64,000 nt of DNA from Deltaproteobacteria bacterium (GTDB lineage: Bacteria; Myxococcota; Kuafuiibacteriia; Kuafuiibacteriales; Kuafuiibacteriaceae): contig JAVJQW010000043.1 in the NCBI GenBank assembly GCA_040218735.1, positions 1 to 64,000 of the forward strand, given 5' to 3'. A program made the translations under genes and the position numbers. Position 1 is the first letter of the stretch, and every line of letters starts with the position of its first letter. The notes beneath the pieces were generated by a model. The model was not told the DNA's origin and did not search any database. It saw nothing but the letters and a program-made list of their open reading frames with translations. Shown in pieces: positions 1 to 9,878 of the stretch.

Positions 1-152
1 CGGCCGGCTTCTTGGCTACGGATTTCTTTGCGGCCGGCTTCTTGGCTACGGATTTCTTTGCGGCCGGCTTCTTGGCTACGGATTTCTTTGCGGCCGGCTT
101 CTTGGCTACGGATTTCTTTGCGGCCGGCTTCTTGGCCGCGGATTTCTTTGCG
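1..152. repeat. 30-bp tandem repeat (~5 copies) encoding AKKSVAKKPA
   Basis: cggccggcttcttggctacggatttctttg repeated exactly four times, plus one variant copy. Confidence 0.95.
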
Positions 153-517
153 CCCGCGTCGTCGCCCTTCATCGCGCACCAGGCCGCCACCAGCGCCCGG
201 AGCGCCGCTTCGGCCGCGCGCGCCTCCGCCAGGTCCGCGATCCGCATGTATCGCGCGGTGTTCCCGCCGCCCTCCAGCCGCGGGTGGGCGCCCGGGATCT
301 TCGCGCCCGTGTGGAACATCAGGCTGACGTGTTTCTTGGTGTTCGGGTTGAAGCTCGCGAGGTTGCCTTCGAAGACAAACGTCGGCGACTTCCACTTGAT
401 GCACTCGGACATGCGCGGGTCCGCCGCGAGGATCGTCTCCCGGACGTGCTGCATCGCGTCCTTGGCGGGGTGCTCGTAGGCGTCGAACCACTGGTCGACC
501 TCCCGGCTCTTGTTCAT
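1..517 (-). CDS. DUF1801 (YdhG-like) protein with C-terminal Lys/Ala histone-like repeat tail; 3' end runs off window
   Basis: Manual minus-strand translation from ATG 517 (GGAGAG upstream): MNKSREVDQWFDAYEHPAKDAMQHVRETILAADPRMSECIKWKSPTF..., then (AKKSVAKKPA)n. Not in the ORF track because it has no stop in the window. Confidence 0.8.
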   Translation of the reverse strand, partial: MNKSREVDQWFDAYEHPAKDAMQHVRETILAADPRMSECIKWKSPTFVFEGNLASFNPNTKKHVSLMFHTGAKIPGAHPRLEGGGNTARYMRIADLAEARAAEAALRALVAAWCAMKGDDAGAKKSAAKKPAAKKSVAKKPAAKKSVAKKPAAKKSVAKKPAAKKSVAKKPA

Positions 518-589
518 CGGCTCTCCATACACCCGCGCGTGCGCGTCCGCACCCGTACCGCCCGGTTCGTCTTCGCGGTATGAGGCGCC

Positions 590-1012
590 ATGCACCGCGC
601 ACGCCTCGCCCTGGTCCTCCTCGCCGCCACCGCCGCTTGCGACGGCGACGCCGAGCTGACGATCGACACCACCTACTCCCAGATGCCCGCGCTCCCGATC
701 CCCGACACCGGCATGCTCTCCAGCACGATCGAGGTCGCCGCGACCGGCAACGTCATGCAGGCCACCGTCGAAGTGATCGTCGAGCACGCGCGCCCGGCAG
801 ACCTCACCCTGGTCGTCATGTCCCCCGCGGGAACCACCGCCGAGATCGGCGGACGCATCGCCGAGGGGAGCGACCAGTACCGCTACGCGATCCCGCTCCT
901 CGCCTTCCAGGGCGAGGCCGCCAACGGCACCTGGACGCTGACCGTCACCGACGGCGCCGCCCAAGAGTCCGGAACGCTCCTCGCGTGGGCCGTCGAGCTC
1001 CCGGGGGTGTGA
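590..1012 (+). CDS. Lipoprotein consisting of a stand-alone proprotein-convertase P-domain
   Basis: Lipobox ..AATAAC; P-domain motifs VEVIVEH..ADLTLVVMSPAGT and FQGEAANGTWTLTVTD..GTLLAW. Confidence 0.8.
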   Translation: MHRARLALVLLAATAACDGDAELTIDTTYSQMPALPIPDTGMLSSTIEVAATGNVMQATVEVIVEHARPADLTLVVMSPAGTTAEIGGRIAEGSDQYRYAIPLLAFQGEAANGTWTLTVTDGAAQESGTLLAWAVELPGV

Positions 1013-1016
1013 GGCC

Positions 1017-4000
1017 TCACTCCTCGAGCGCGATTCGGTAGAACGTCGGGACGCTCTGCGTATCGCGGACCACGAAGGTCGCCGGAGCCGACGTGCTGAC
1101 GATTCCGCGGTACGGTGACAGTGGGATGTCGTCGCGAGCGATTCGCGGCTCGGCGAGGTCGTAGAGCAACTGACCGCGGATGAGCCATCGCGTGTTGCGC
1201 GACAGCTCGCCGGAGCTGCTCGCAACGACGTTGCCGACCTCCGACCTCGGCCCCGAGTTGATCGGTAGCACCGCGAGCTCGGCGCCGACGTTGGACGTGA
1301 ACCCGAACACTCGGTCCGGCGCACCCGTGTAGTGCACCATCGTGAGGGAGGCCGGGAACACCGTGTTCAGCGAGCCGAAGTACGGGCTCCACGTGTGGGT
1401 GGCGAGATCGACCGTTGCCAGGCTTCCGCCGAAATCGCTGATGATCAGCGCGTTGCCGAGCAACCCGATCCCGTACAGATCCGGCATGACGTCCTCCAGC
1501 AGATGCGTACAGACGCCGGTCGACAGGTCGATCCGCAACAGCGAGTTGCGCGCCGCCGTCCCGGACGGCAGCGCGTAGAGGTTGTCGTTCGTGGCGTCGA
1601 AGACGACGTCATAGCCGCTGACGCCCGTCGCATCCGAGCAGCCGTCGGCCGAGCCGACGACCGCACCCGAGGGGACGTCGATCGTCACGAACCTCCTCGG
1701 GAAGTTGGCCTCGACCACCCCGCGCGCCCCGCCGCGCGAGCCGATGATCTGGCTCGGCGAAGCGACCGACACGGCGCCCGTCGTGATCGACGCGGGCTGG
1801 AGCGTCGTGGCGTCGAGCGTGATGATCGCGTTCGGCGGCGTCGCGCCCGAGCCCGTCCAAAGCATGATCTCGTCCGCCGGTGAGATGGCCATCCCCGGGA
1901 GGAGCGTGGTCGCCAGCATGGGGGTGTTCATCGTCCGCGTCATGAGCACCAGCCGCCGCCCGCTCGGCGGGCTCGTCTGCGTCGCCGAGGCCACCGTGAC
2001 CGGCCCGGGCTGCGCACCCGCCGGCACTACGACGGTCACCTGGCTCGGCGTCCGATCTTCGTACATTGCGGTCGCGCCGCCCGTGAACGTGACCATCTCG
2101 ACGTCCTGGAGCTCGGCGCCCAAGATCGTCAGCGTCTCGCCGCGCTCCACGACGGGCGGGTCGAAGTCGACGATGGCCGGGACGCCGTTTGCAATCTGCA
2201 GAGGCACCGACGACATAACCGTCCCCGACGGGTGATGCAACGTCACGCGCCCGGTCGACGCGCCCGGCGGCAACGTCAGCGGGATGGAAGAGTCACCCGT
2301 CGGCGTCACCATGATTCCCGGCGCGCCCGGAAGGTCCACGGTCACGTTCCCCACCAGCCCATCGAGCGAGAACCCATTGCCGACGATCGTCGTCGTCCCG
2401 CCCTCCGCGACCGGGTTGATCGTGAAGAACGCGATCGACGGCCCGCTCTGGATGATGAGGCTCGCTGCGCTCGTCGCCTCACCGTGGGGCGCAATCAGAC
2501 GTACCGGCCCGCCGATGGATCCCTGCGGCGGGCGGAAACAAACGACCTCCAACCCCAACAGCATCGCGTCCGAGATCTGCGCCGGGTCACAGGCCGCCGG
2601 ATCCGTCGCGTTCCCCGAGACCGTCACCGTCGGCGCGACCCCGCCTGCGAGATCGGTGAAGCGCAGGCCGTACAGCGCGACGCGCTCGCCCGGCCGCACC
2701 GACGCCGGCTCGAAGTACCGGATGATCGGCGGCGGTATCAACGCAAACGTCGCGGTCGCCGTCGCGATGCGCAGCCCGTTCAACACCCGCAGCACTCCGC
2801 TGCGCGCTTCCTCGGGGACACGCACCACCACGACATCAGGCTCGACGCTCACCGCCGGAGCGAGACCGCCCCCGAAGCTCACGAAGGTCTCGGCCGCCGG
2901 CGCGAAGTTCGACCCGAAGACCTCGACCATCTCCCCGACCCCGGCCGGGTTCGGACCGAACCGCGTGACGATCGGCGGGTCACCGGTCGGCGTCGTTCCT
3001 TCCGTACCGTCTTCACACGCATCGCCGATCCCGTTGCCGTTGATGTCCGGCCACGGTTCCGCCGAAGCGAGGAGCGGGCAGTTGTCCTCGCGATCGTCGA
3101 AGGGGTCGTCGTCGGTGCTCGGCTTGAACGGATCCGTCAGCCACCCGTCCACCCCGAGGCTCGTCTCCTCGAAGTCCACCAAGCCGTCGTCGTCGTCGTC
3201 CGGATCCTCGCTGTCCGCGAGGCCGTCCATATCCGCGTCGAAGCACCGCAGCGGGTCGCTCGGAAACGCATCGGTCTCGCACCCGTCACCGTCCGGATCC
3301 GGATCGTCCGCGTCGGCGATCCCGTCGCCGTCCATGTCGTTCGGCGCGGCGAGCCCGAGGTAGACCGGGTCGAGCCCGACGGCGCCGCTCGACGTCACCA
3401 CGACATTTCGAAGCTCTGAAGGCCGTATGTCCGCGCGCGCGAAGCGAACGCGGTACACCCCGACGGGCAGCGTCACCGAGAACGCACCCATCGCGTCGGT
3501 CGGCGTCGCCATATACGCCGAAGGCGGCGCCGACGCGGTCGTGGTCTCCGAGATGAAGGTCGTCCGGACGTCGTCGTCGTCCGCGTCCACCACGTCCACG
3601 CGCCCGCGCACCTCGACCGGGCCCGACGGCGCCTCACGATCGAGCTCGATGTCCGGCGCCGTGAGCGCGATGCCGCCCTGGAGCAGGACCCCGTCGACCG
3701 ACTTCGCGCCGTAGCCCTCGCGGTACGCCACGACGTCGTACGGTCCGGGCGGAATGCTCCGGAACGTGAAGCGCCCGTCGCGCCCGACCACCGCCGTGAA
3801 CGGGGTCGACGCGAGCACCACGATCGTCCCCACGGCCGCGGCCGGGTTCGGATCGTCGAGCAGCACGACCGACCCCTCCAGATCCGACAACGCACCGAGG
3901 CGGAGCTCGCCCAGGTCGATGTCCTGACCCGGCGCCTCGAGGCGGATCGGTGGCGTCCGCAGCGCGCGAGGCGGCGCGCCGCCCGCCGCACGCAGCGCGA

Positions 4001-4253
4001 CGTCCACCTGGTGCACCGCGAGCGGGAGGCGCGACAGCTCGAACTGCCCGCGCGCGTCCGTCGTGCGGCCGACGGAGCCCCCGACCAGCTCCACCCGCGC
4101 CCCCACGACCGGTTCGAAGAGACCGGTCTCGGTGCTCCGCGCGACGACGGTGCCGCGGATGAATCCGCCCTCGTCGGTCGGCACATTGTCGACGCTCCGT
4201 ATGCATCCGGCGGTCGCCACCGCGGCCAGTGTGCACGTGATCCCCCTGTGCAT
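1017..4253 (-). CDS. Large surface lipoprotein: carboxypeptidase-regulatory-like domains, TSP3 Ca-binding repeats, IPT/TIG domains, C-terminal beta-propeller-like region
   Basis: Lipobox ATAGC after M at 4253; DMDGDGIADADDPDPDGDG and DNCP repeats; repeated P.I..F.P....G..V...G..F IPT starts. Confidence 0.8.
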   Translation of the reverse strand: MHRGITCTLAAVATAGCIRSVDNVPTDEGGFIRGTVVARSTETGLFEPVVGARVELVGGSVGRTTDARGQFELSRLPLAVHQVDVALRAAGGAPPRALRTPPIRLEAPGQDIDLGELRLGALSDLEGSVVLLDDPNPAAAVGTIVVLASTPFTAVVGRDGRFTFRSIPPGPYDVVAYREGYGAKSVDGVLLQGGIALTAPDIELDREAPSGPVEVRGRVDVVDADDDDVRTTFISETTTASAPPSAYMATPTDAMGAFSVTLPVGVYRVRFARADIRPSELRNVVVTSSGAVGLDPVYLGLAAPNDMDGDGIADADDPDPDGDGCETDAFPSDPLRCFDADMDGLADSEDPDDDDDGLVDFEETSLGVDGWLTDPFKPSTDDDPFDDREDNCPLLASAEPWPDINGNGIGDACEDGTEGTTPTGDPPIVTRFGPNPAGVGEMVEVFGSNFAPAAETFVSFGGGLAPAVSVEPDVVVVRVPEEARSGVLRVLNGLRIATATATFALIPPPIIRYFEPASVRPGERVALYGLRFTDLAGGVAPTVTVSGNATDPAACDPAQISDAMLLGLEVVCFRPPQGSIGGPVRLIAPHGEATSAASLIIQSGPSIAFFTINPVAEGGTTTIVGNGFSLDGLVGNVTVDLPGAPGIMVTPTGDSSIPLTLPPGASTGRVTLHHPSGTVMSSVPLQIANGVPAIVDFDPPVVERGETLTILGAELQDVEMVTFTGGATAMYEDRTPSQVTVVVPAGAQPGPVTVASATQTSPPSGRRLVLMTRTMNTPMLATTLLPGMAISPADEIMLWTGSGATPPNAIITLDATTLQPASITTGAVSVASPSQIIGSRGGARGVVEANFPRRFVTIDVPSGAVVGSADGCSDATGVSGYDVVFDATNDNLYALPSGTAARNSLLRIDLSTGVCTHLLEDVMPDLYGIGLLGNALIISDFGGSLATVDLATHTWSPYFGSLNTVFPASLTMVHYTGAPDRVFGFTSNVGAELAVLPINSGPRSEVGNVVASSSGELSRNTRWLIRGQLLYDLAEPRIARDDIPLSPYRGIVSTSAPATFVVRDTQSVPTFYRIALEE

Positions 4254-4386
4254 TCCCTCATGGTGGAGCACTCGGACGCGCCGGACAACGCGATCACGTT
4301 TGGATTTCATTCAGACCTACGACCCGCTCGGCGTGGCGCAGGTCCACTCGACGCGCGGCGGGCCCCGGCCTACGATTCCGAAGCGA

Positions 4387-5739
4387 ATGCTGCCGTCGCT
4401 CCTGTCCGGCGCGAGCGCCGAAGACCCGCACGATGCGGCAGCGTTCGACGCGTACGCGCGGGCGCTCACGGCGCAGCTCGGCGCGTTGATGACGCTGTTC
4501 ATGGTGGCGGCGACCGTCCTGTGGTGGCCGCTCGATGGTCTCGTGAGCACCGAGCCGCGGTACGTGAGCATCTTTCGTGACCTGCGGCTCGCGGCCTTGG
4601 CCGTGGAGGTCTTCGCGTTCGTTGGATTCCTCCTGCTTCGGCGCGCACCGAAGGCCGCCATCCCGTTCGGGATCCTCTGCTACGCCGCCTTCCTCGCGGC
4701 TGTCGGTTATCACCTCGGACGGCTGAACGATCTCAGCTTGTTCGCGGACGCCTACCTCGGCGTCGTGCCGATCGCCGTCATCCCCGTCGACTTTCGCCGT
4801 CGCGTCCCCGCCACCGTGCTGATCGCGTCGGCGCTCCCCGCGGCGTACTTCCTCCCGTTCCCCCAGAACATCCAAGCGCCGAACGCCCTCGCGCAGCTCA
4901 GCTTCCTGTCCTTTGCCGTCCTGTTCTCGGTGACGCTCGGCGAGCTCGTCTATCGTGTGCAGCGACGGGAGTTCATCCAGGGGAGGGCGCTCGATCGCGC
5001 CAACGAAGCACTCGCCGAGATGGCGGAGTCGCTGAGCGATCAGGTGGCCGAGCAGACGCAGCAGCTGAGAGGCCTCGCGTTGCACCTCGAGCAGGTACAG
5101 GAGAGCGAGCGACGTCGGATCGCTCAGGACCTGCACGATGATCTCGGGCAGGGGCTGACCGCGATGCGGTATGCGCTCGCACGCCTCGAGAACCACGTCG
5201 ACGCCGCGGCGGGGGAGGTCCACGAGCTGCTCGCCGACTTGAATGCGTTGACCGACGGAACCACGCGCGCCGTCCGGTCCGTCATCACGGAGCTGCGTCC
5301 GAGGATCCTGGACGACGTCGGGCTCGCGGCTGCGGCCGAGTGGCTGTGCACACGCGTGGGCGACGTCGGACGCGTAGAATGTCGGCTCGAGATCGACGCG
5401 TCCTTCCCGGACGACGACGACGTGCACCTCACCCACGCTGCCCTCGTCCTGTTTCGAGTCATCCAGGAGGGCACCACCAACGCGCTGAAACACGCGCAGT
5501 CCGCCCGGATCGTCGTTCGCCTGCGGTGCGACGGCGGTCGGATCGGAGCGGAGGTCGAGGACGACGGTGTGGGGTGCGATCCCGACCAACCCACAGAGGG
5601 CTTCGGGCTCCTCGGACTGACCGAGCGCGTCCGCGCCCTCGACGGTGAGCTCGTGATTCGACCGCGAGCGGGCGGCGGCACGCGCCTCGCCGCGTGGGTC
5701 CCCGCGACCGCCGAACCCCACCGAGTGAAGAGCGCATGA
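4387..5739 (+). CDS. Membrane sensor histidine kinase (HisKA_3, NarX/UhpB type)
   Basis: Multiple TM helices; ERRRIAQDLHDDLGQ H-box; QEGTTNALKH N-box; DDGVG; GFGLLG. Confidence 0.92.
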   Translation: MLPSLLSGASAEDPHDAAAFDAYARALTAQLGALMTLFMVAATVLWWPLDGLVSTEPRYVSIFRDLRLAALAVEVFAFVGFLLLRRAPKAAIPFGILCYAAFLAAVGYHLGRLNDLSLFADAYLGVVPIAVIPVDFRRRVPATVLIASALPAAYFLPFPQNIQAPNALAQLSFLSFAVLFSVTLGELVYRVQRREFIQGRALDRANEALAEMAESLSDQVAEQTQQLRGLALHLEQVQESERRRIAQDLHDDLGQGLTAMRYALARLENHVDAAAGEVHELLADLNALTDGTTRAVRSVITELRPRILDDVGLAAAAEWLCTRVGDVGRVECRLEIDASFPDDDDVHLTHAALVLFRVIQEGTTNALKHAQSARIVVRLRCDGGRIGAEVEDDGVGCDPDQPTEGFGLLGLTERVRALDGELVIRPRAGGGTRLAAWVPATAEPHRVKSA

Positions 5740-6356
5740 AGATCCGCGTATTTCTCGCCGACGACCACGCGGTGGTGCGGCGCGGCGTTCGGCAGCTGCT
5801 CGAGGAGGTCGGCGACTTCGAGGTGATCGGCGAGGCGAGCACGGGGCGCGAGGTGCTCGATGCGAGCCTCCTCGCTTGCCGCGTTCTGGTGCTCGACTTG
5901 TCGCTCCCGGTCGTCTCCGGTCTCGAGGTGCTCCGGCGCGTCCGGGCTGCCTACCCTTCACTCGCGATCGTCGTGTTCTCGATGCATCCGACGGATCAGT
6001 TCGCGGGGCGCGCGCTCGCGGCCGGCGCGATCGCCTACGTCTCGAAGGAGCGTCCACCCGCCGAGCTGATCGCGACGCTCCGCGCTGCGGCGGAGGGCCG
6101 CGCGCTGTCGCCGCCGCCGGCGAACGTCCCTTCCGGGCTCCCGCACGAAGCACTGACGAAGCGAGAGCATCAGGTGTTCATGCTCGTCCTGGAGGGCCGC
6201 GTGGTGGCCGACATCGCGGCGGAGCTCGACGTGCACTCGTGCACGATCAGCAACCACCTCACGCGCATCCGCAACAAACTCGGCGTCACGTCGAACGCGG
6301 AGATCATGCGCTACGCGGTGTCGGCGGGGATCGTTCAGGCGCCCCCGCTCGACTGA
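5736..6356 (+). CDS. NarL/UhpA-family response regulator (REC + LuxR HTH)
   Basis: LADDH..VRRG, LDLSLP, LTKREHQV; ATGA overlap with the kinase stop. Confidence 0.93.
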   Translation: MKIRVFLADDHAVVRRGVRQLLEEVGDFEVIGEASTGREVLDASLLACRVLVLDLSLPVVSGLEVLRRVRAAYPSLAIVVFSMHPTDQFAGRALAAGAIAYVSKERPPAELIATLRAAAEGRALSPPPANVPSGLPHEALTKREHQVFMLVLEGRVVADIAAELDVHSCTISNHLTRIRNKLGVTSNAEIMRYAVSAGIVQAPPLD

Positions 6357-6480
6357 CCAAACAAATGTTCCAAACGTGGCCTCCGCGTTGACCGGATCTC
6401 GCGTCCTCCATCGAATGGAGCGGTCACCGAGCGTGACATCGCCGCGCACGGGCGCGGCGGCGAGAAAGGACGACAACCCG

Positions 6481-7347
6481 ATGCTCTGGAACCGCTTCAC
6501 CCTCCTCATGGCCTCCCTCGTCGTGGTCGCCGCGTCGCTCGCGCCGACGACGGCACGAGCGCAGCTACAGCTGAGGCCCTACGTCATGCCCTCGACGGTC
6601 CCGGCCAACACCCAGGTCGACTTCGCTTTCGTCCTGCACGGAAGCGGCGGAAGCGGCATCCAGTGGCCGTCCGGCTCGTCGATCGCGGTCGGTTTCGACA
6701 CCTTCGGTGGTTTCAACGTGACCAACGCCGGCGGCACGTTCGGGCCGGGCGGGTGTGCGCTCTCCACGAGCCTCAACGCCAATGTCGTCACCTTGGCCTT
6801 CACCCAGGACTGCACCTGGAACCCCGGTGCGCGGCTGTCCGTGAACATCTCGGCGTTCACATCGCAGAACCCGACCAGCTCGGTTCTGATGTCGGCGACG
6901 GTGTCGGGGGCGAACGCGATCGTCGTCGAGTCGCGACCCTTGCTCGGGCTGGTGAGCTTCCCCGCCGGTCCGCCCGGTCCGGAGGGGCCCCAGGGTGCCG
7001 CGGGTGTGTCGGTGACCAGCGCGCCGGTCGCGCCGGGCGCGGACTGCGCGACCGGCGGGGTTCGCCTGGAGGCCGAGAGCGGCACGACGTTCGTCTGCAA
7101 CGGTGCTCCGGGGTTGGACGGTGTGGACGGAGTGGACGGAACAGACGGCGCCGTCGGTCCCGCCGGCGCCGAGGGACCCGCCGGGCCCGCCGGACCCGCA
7201 GGCCCCGTCGGGCCGATGGGAGCGATGGGCGCGGAGGGATCCGGGTGCTCGTCGACGCGCGTCACGACGGGCGAAGGCCCGGCGTGGGGTGCGATGCTGG
7301 TCGTGTTCGGAGCGCTCCTACTGCGCCGCCGTCGCCCCCGCGGGTGA
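6481..7347 (+). CDS. Secreted collagen-like protein with MYXO-CTERM-like sorting signal
   Basis: Signal peptide; Gly-X-Y runs (GPAGAEGPAGPAGPAGPVGPMG); C-terminal GSGCSS..hydrophobic helix..RRRR. Confidence 0.82.
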   Translation: MLWNRFTLLMASLVVVAASLAPTTARAQLQLRPYVMPSTVPANTQVDFAFVLHGSGGSGIQWPSGSSIAVGFDTFGGFNVTNAGGTFGPGGCALSTSLNANVVTLAFTQDCTWNPGARLSVNISAFTSQNPTSSVLMSATVSGANAIVVESRPLLGLVSFPAGPPGPEGPQGAAGVSVTSAPVAPGADCATGGVRLEAESGTTFVCNGAPGLDGVDGVDGTDGAVGPAGAEGPAGPAGPAGPVGPMGAMGAEGSGCSSTRVTTGEGPAWGAMLVVFGALLLRRRRPRG

Positions 7348-7409
7348 CGCCGGCACGCCCTTCGCATCCGTCGCAGACTGAACCGCGACGGGCTTTGGCC
7401 TTGATTGAG

Positions 7410-7415
7410 TATAAT
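7410..7415 (+). promoter_or_regulatory. Possible -10 element upstream of the SulP gene
   Basis: Perfect TATAAT in a short AT-rich intergenic patch; no convincing -35. Confidence 0.3.
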
Positions 7416-7508
7416 CCACTGAGTGGCCGTTCGCGGCGCACTCCACATCTGGGGCGGGTACTGCTAGACACTATCTGAGAGGGGCTACCCGGCCCCCCAG
7501 TCTGTCGA

Positions 7509-9863
7509 ATGCAAGAGAACAAGCCGAACGACGCTGCCCCTGCCACCTCGGGTTGGTTGCCCGACTTCCTGGCCTCGATGGTCGTGTTCCTGGTCGCGCT
7601 GCCGCTCTGCATCGGCATCGCGGTCGCGTGCGGTGTCCCGGCCGAGTACGGGCTGGTCACCGGCATCATCGGTGGCATCATCGTCGGCGTGGCCTCGGGG
7701 GCGCCGCTGCTCGTCAGCGGCCCCGCTGCGAGCCTGATCGTCCTCGTCAATGACGTCATCGCCGACCACGGCCTCATCGCGCTCGGCCCGGTCGTCGCGC
7801 TCTGCGGCGTGTGGCAGATCTTCGCCGGCGTCTTCAAGCTCGGGCAGTGGTTCCGGGCCGTCGCGCCGGCCGTCATCCAGGGGATGCTGATCGGGATCGG
7901 CGTCATCATCTTCACCTCGCAGCTGCATGTCTGCCTGGACGCCGACCCGGCGCGGTCGTTCCTCGAGAACGTCGTCACGTTACCCAAGAGCCTCTCCGGC
8001 GACTTCCTCGCGCCCCTCCTGATCTCCGCTATCTCCATCGGGCTCATCGCGACGTGGCCCAAGTTCCGCCCGAAGAAGCTCGAGCTCGTTCCGGGGCAGC
8101 TGGTCGCGTTGGTCGTCGTCACCATCGGGGCTCAGGTGCTCGCGTCGGACGTCCGGTTCTTGGAGATGTCGCCGAACTTCTTCGACGGCCTCGCCCCGCC
8201 GGCCCTCGCCGACTACCGCATGCTGCTGTCGACCGACCTCGTGGTGATCTCGCTCGTGTTCGCCTTCGTCGCGAGCGCGGCGACCTTGCTCACCGCCAAC
8301 GCGATCGACCAGCGTCAGAACTTCTCGAAGGCCGACTACGACAAGGAGATGCTCGCGCAGGGCATCGGCAACACGTTGACGGGTTTCGTCGGCGCGCTCC
8401 CGATGACCGGCGTCATCGTCCGCAGCTCGGTCAACGTCGACGCGGGGGCGCGCACCCGGCGCTCGACGATCCTGCACGGGATCTGGATCCTCCTGTTCGT
8501 CGTCGCGGCGCCTCAGCTCCTCGAGCTCCTCCCGCGGGCGAGCCTCGGCGCGATCCTCGTCTACACCGGCTACCGACTCATCGACGTGAAGGCGATGAAG
8601 GCGCTGTATCAGCAGGGGCGCTCCGAGCTGGCGATCTGCCTGATCACCCTGTTCGGCGTGGTCCTGCTCGATCTCTTCACCGGGATCATCGCCGGCCTCG
8701 CGGTCGCGATCCTCAAGATCGTCTGGACGTTCGCCCACCTCGAGATCAAGGGCGAGCGTGGCGCATCCGAAGGCATCTACGACCTCCACCTGCTCGGCTC
8801 GGCGACGTTCCTGCAGGTCCCGCGGCTCGCCAGGGCTCTCGACGACGTGCCGGACGACTGCGAGCTGCACGTGCACATCGACTGGCTGGACCACATCGAC
8901 CACGCCTGCCTGCAGCTCTTGTCGACATGGAGCGAGAGCCGCGAGAGCGGCGGCCGGGCCGGCATGGTCGTGGAGTGGGACGAGCTGACGAACCGCTACA
9001 AGAAGGCGGTCGTCGGCGGCGGGCGCGAGGCCCCGACGCCGGGCTCACCCGTCAGTGTCCTCTGGGCGGAGTGGAAGCGCATGTACGCGCCGCGCCGTCC
9101 GCTGAGCGACGTTCGTCGCGACTTCATCGGGCCCGAGCAGATCCAGATCCGCGTCGACGCGAAGGACCTCGAAGGTGTGATTCGCGCGGGCGCGCGGGCG
9201 CTCGCATCGCGGGCTCGCCGAGACCCGGAGGCGTTGGCCAACGCGCTGCTGGAGCACATCGAGGACCACGTGGGGCTCGGCAGCGGGACGAGTGTGCCCC
9301 ACGCCGTGTTCCCGGGTTTGCGCGAGAGCGTCGCCGCGCTGGTGACGACCCAGGAGCCGATGGCGATCGACGGCGACGACGTCGATCTCTTCTTCGTCCT
9401 CCTCGCGCCGCCCGACGCGCCGCAACTTCACTTGCAGACGCTCGCGCACATCGGGCGGCTCTGCCACGATGAACGTCTGCTCGCCACGCTTCGCTCGTCG
9501 ACGACACCGGACGAGGCCGCGGAGGCGCTACGCCGTGCGGAGGAGACGACCCTCGACAGCGGCGTGTTCGTATCTCCGCGGATGCTCGCGGTCGTCGAGC
9601 TCGACGACCCGGATCGCGCCAAGCGCATGCGCGACGTGGTGTCCGAGGCGTTCGGCGACGTCATGCTCGGTGAGGCCGCCGACGACCAGATGCTGCGCAT
9701 GGTCCGTCGCGTCGTGCGCTCACGCGCCGACACGCTGATGCTCGTGCCGATCCTGGAGCAGGACGTCGAGATGCTCCAAGCCCTGCTCGAGGAGGAGCAC
9801 CGCTTGCTCGACGTCGAGACGTGCCGCGTGCACCTGCTGGGCCTGCAGGGGAGCGGCGCGTAG
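7509..9863 (+). CDS. SulP/SLC26 anion permease with STAS-like segment fused to a PTS EIIA (PtsN/fructose-type) domain
   Basis: VFLVALPLCIGIAVA, VSGPAA, KEMLAQGIGN..GALPMTGVIVRSSVN (SulP); GLGSGTSVPH and VDLFFVLLAP..HLQTLAHIGR (EIIA). Confidence 0.88.
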   Translation: MQENKPNDAAPATSGWLPDFLASMVVFLVALPLCIGIAVACGVPAEYGLVTGIIGGIIVGVASGAPLLVSGPAASLIVLVNDVIADHGLIALGPVVALCGVWQIFAGVFKLGQWFRAVAPAVIQGMLIGIGVIIFTSQLHVCLDADPARSFLENVVTLPKSLSGDFLAPLLISAISIGLIATWPKFRPKKLELVPGQLVALVVVTIGAQVLASDVRFLEMSPNFFDGLAPPALADYRMLLSTDLVVISLVFAFVASAATLLTANAIDQRQNFSKADYDKEMLAQGIGNTLTGFVGALPMTGVIVRSSVNVDAGARTRRSTILHGIWILLFVVAAPQLLELLPRASLGAILVYTGYRLIDVKAMKALYQQGRSELAICLITLFGVVLLDLFTGIIAGLAVAILKIVWTFAHLEIKGERGASEGIYDLHLLGSATFLQVPRLARALDDVPDDCELHVHIDWLDHIDHACLQLLSTWSESRESGGRAGMVVEWDELTNRYKKAVVGGGREAPTPGSPVSVLWAEWKRMYAPRRPLSDVRRDFIGPEQIQIRVDAKDLEGVIRAGARALASRARRDPEALANALLEHIEDHVGLGSGTSVPHAVFPGLRESVAALVTTQEPMAIDGDDVDLFFVLLAPPDAPQLHLQTLAHIGRLCHDERLLATLRSSTTPDEAAEALRRAEETTLDSGVFVSPRMLAVVELDDPDRAKRMRDVVSEAFGDVMLGEAADDQMLRMVRRVVRSRADTLMLVPILEQDVEMLQALLEEEHRLLDVETCRVHLLGLQGSGA

Positions 9864-9878
9864 GCCCTGCGCAACCGA

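Noticed and set aside
1-152. Possible CRISPR array (30-bp repeats)
   Set aside because: Repeats are head-to-tail with no spacers, in-frame coding, and no cas genes are present.
12-479. Plus-strand ORF with ATDFFAAGFL repeats
   Set aside because: Antisense shadow of the minus-strand DUF1801/AKK-repeat gene.
7440-7483. NrdR-like box (actccacatctggggc) upstream of SulP
   Set aside because: Single moderate match with no good partner box at 31-32 bp.
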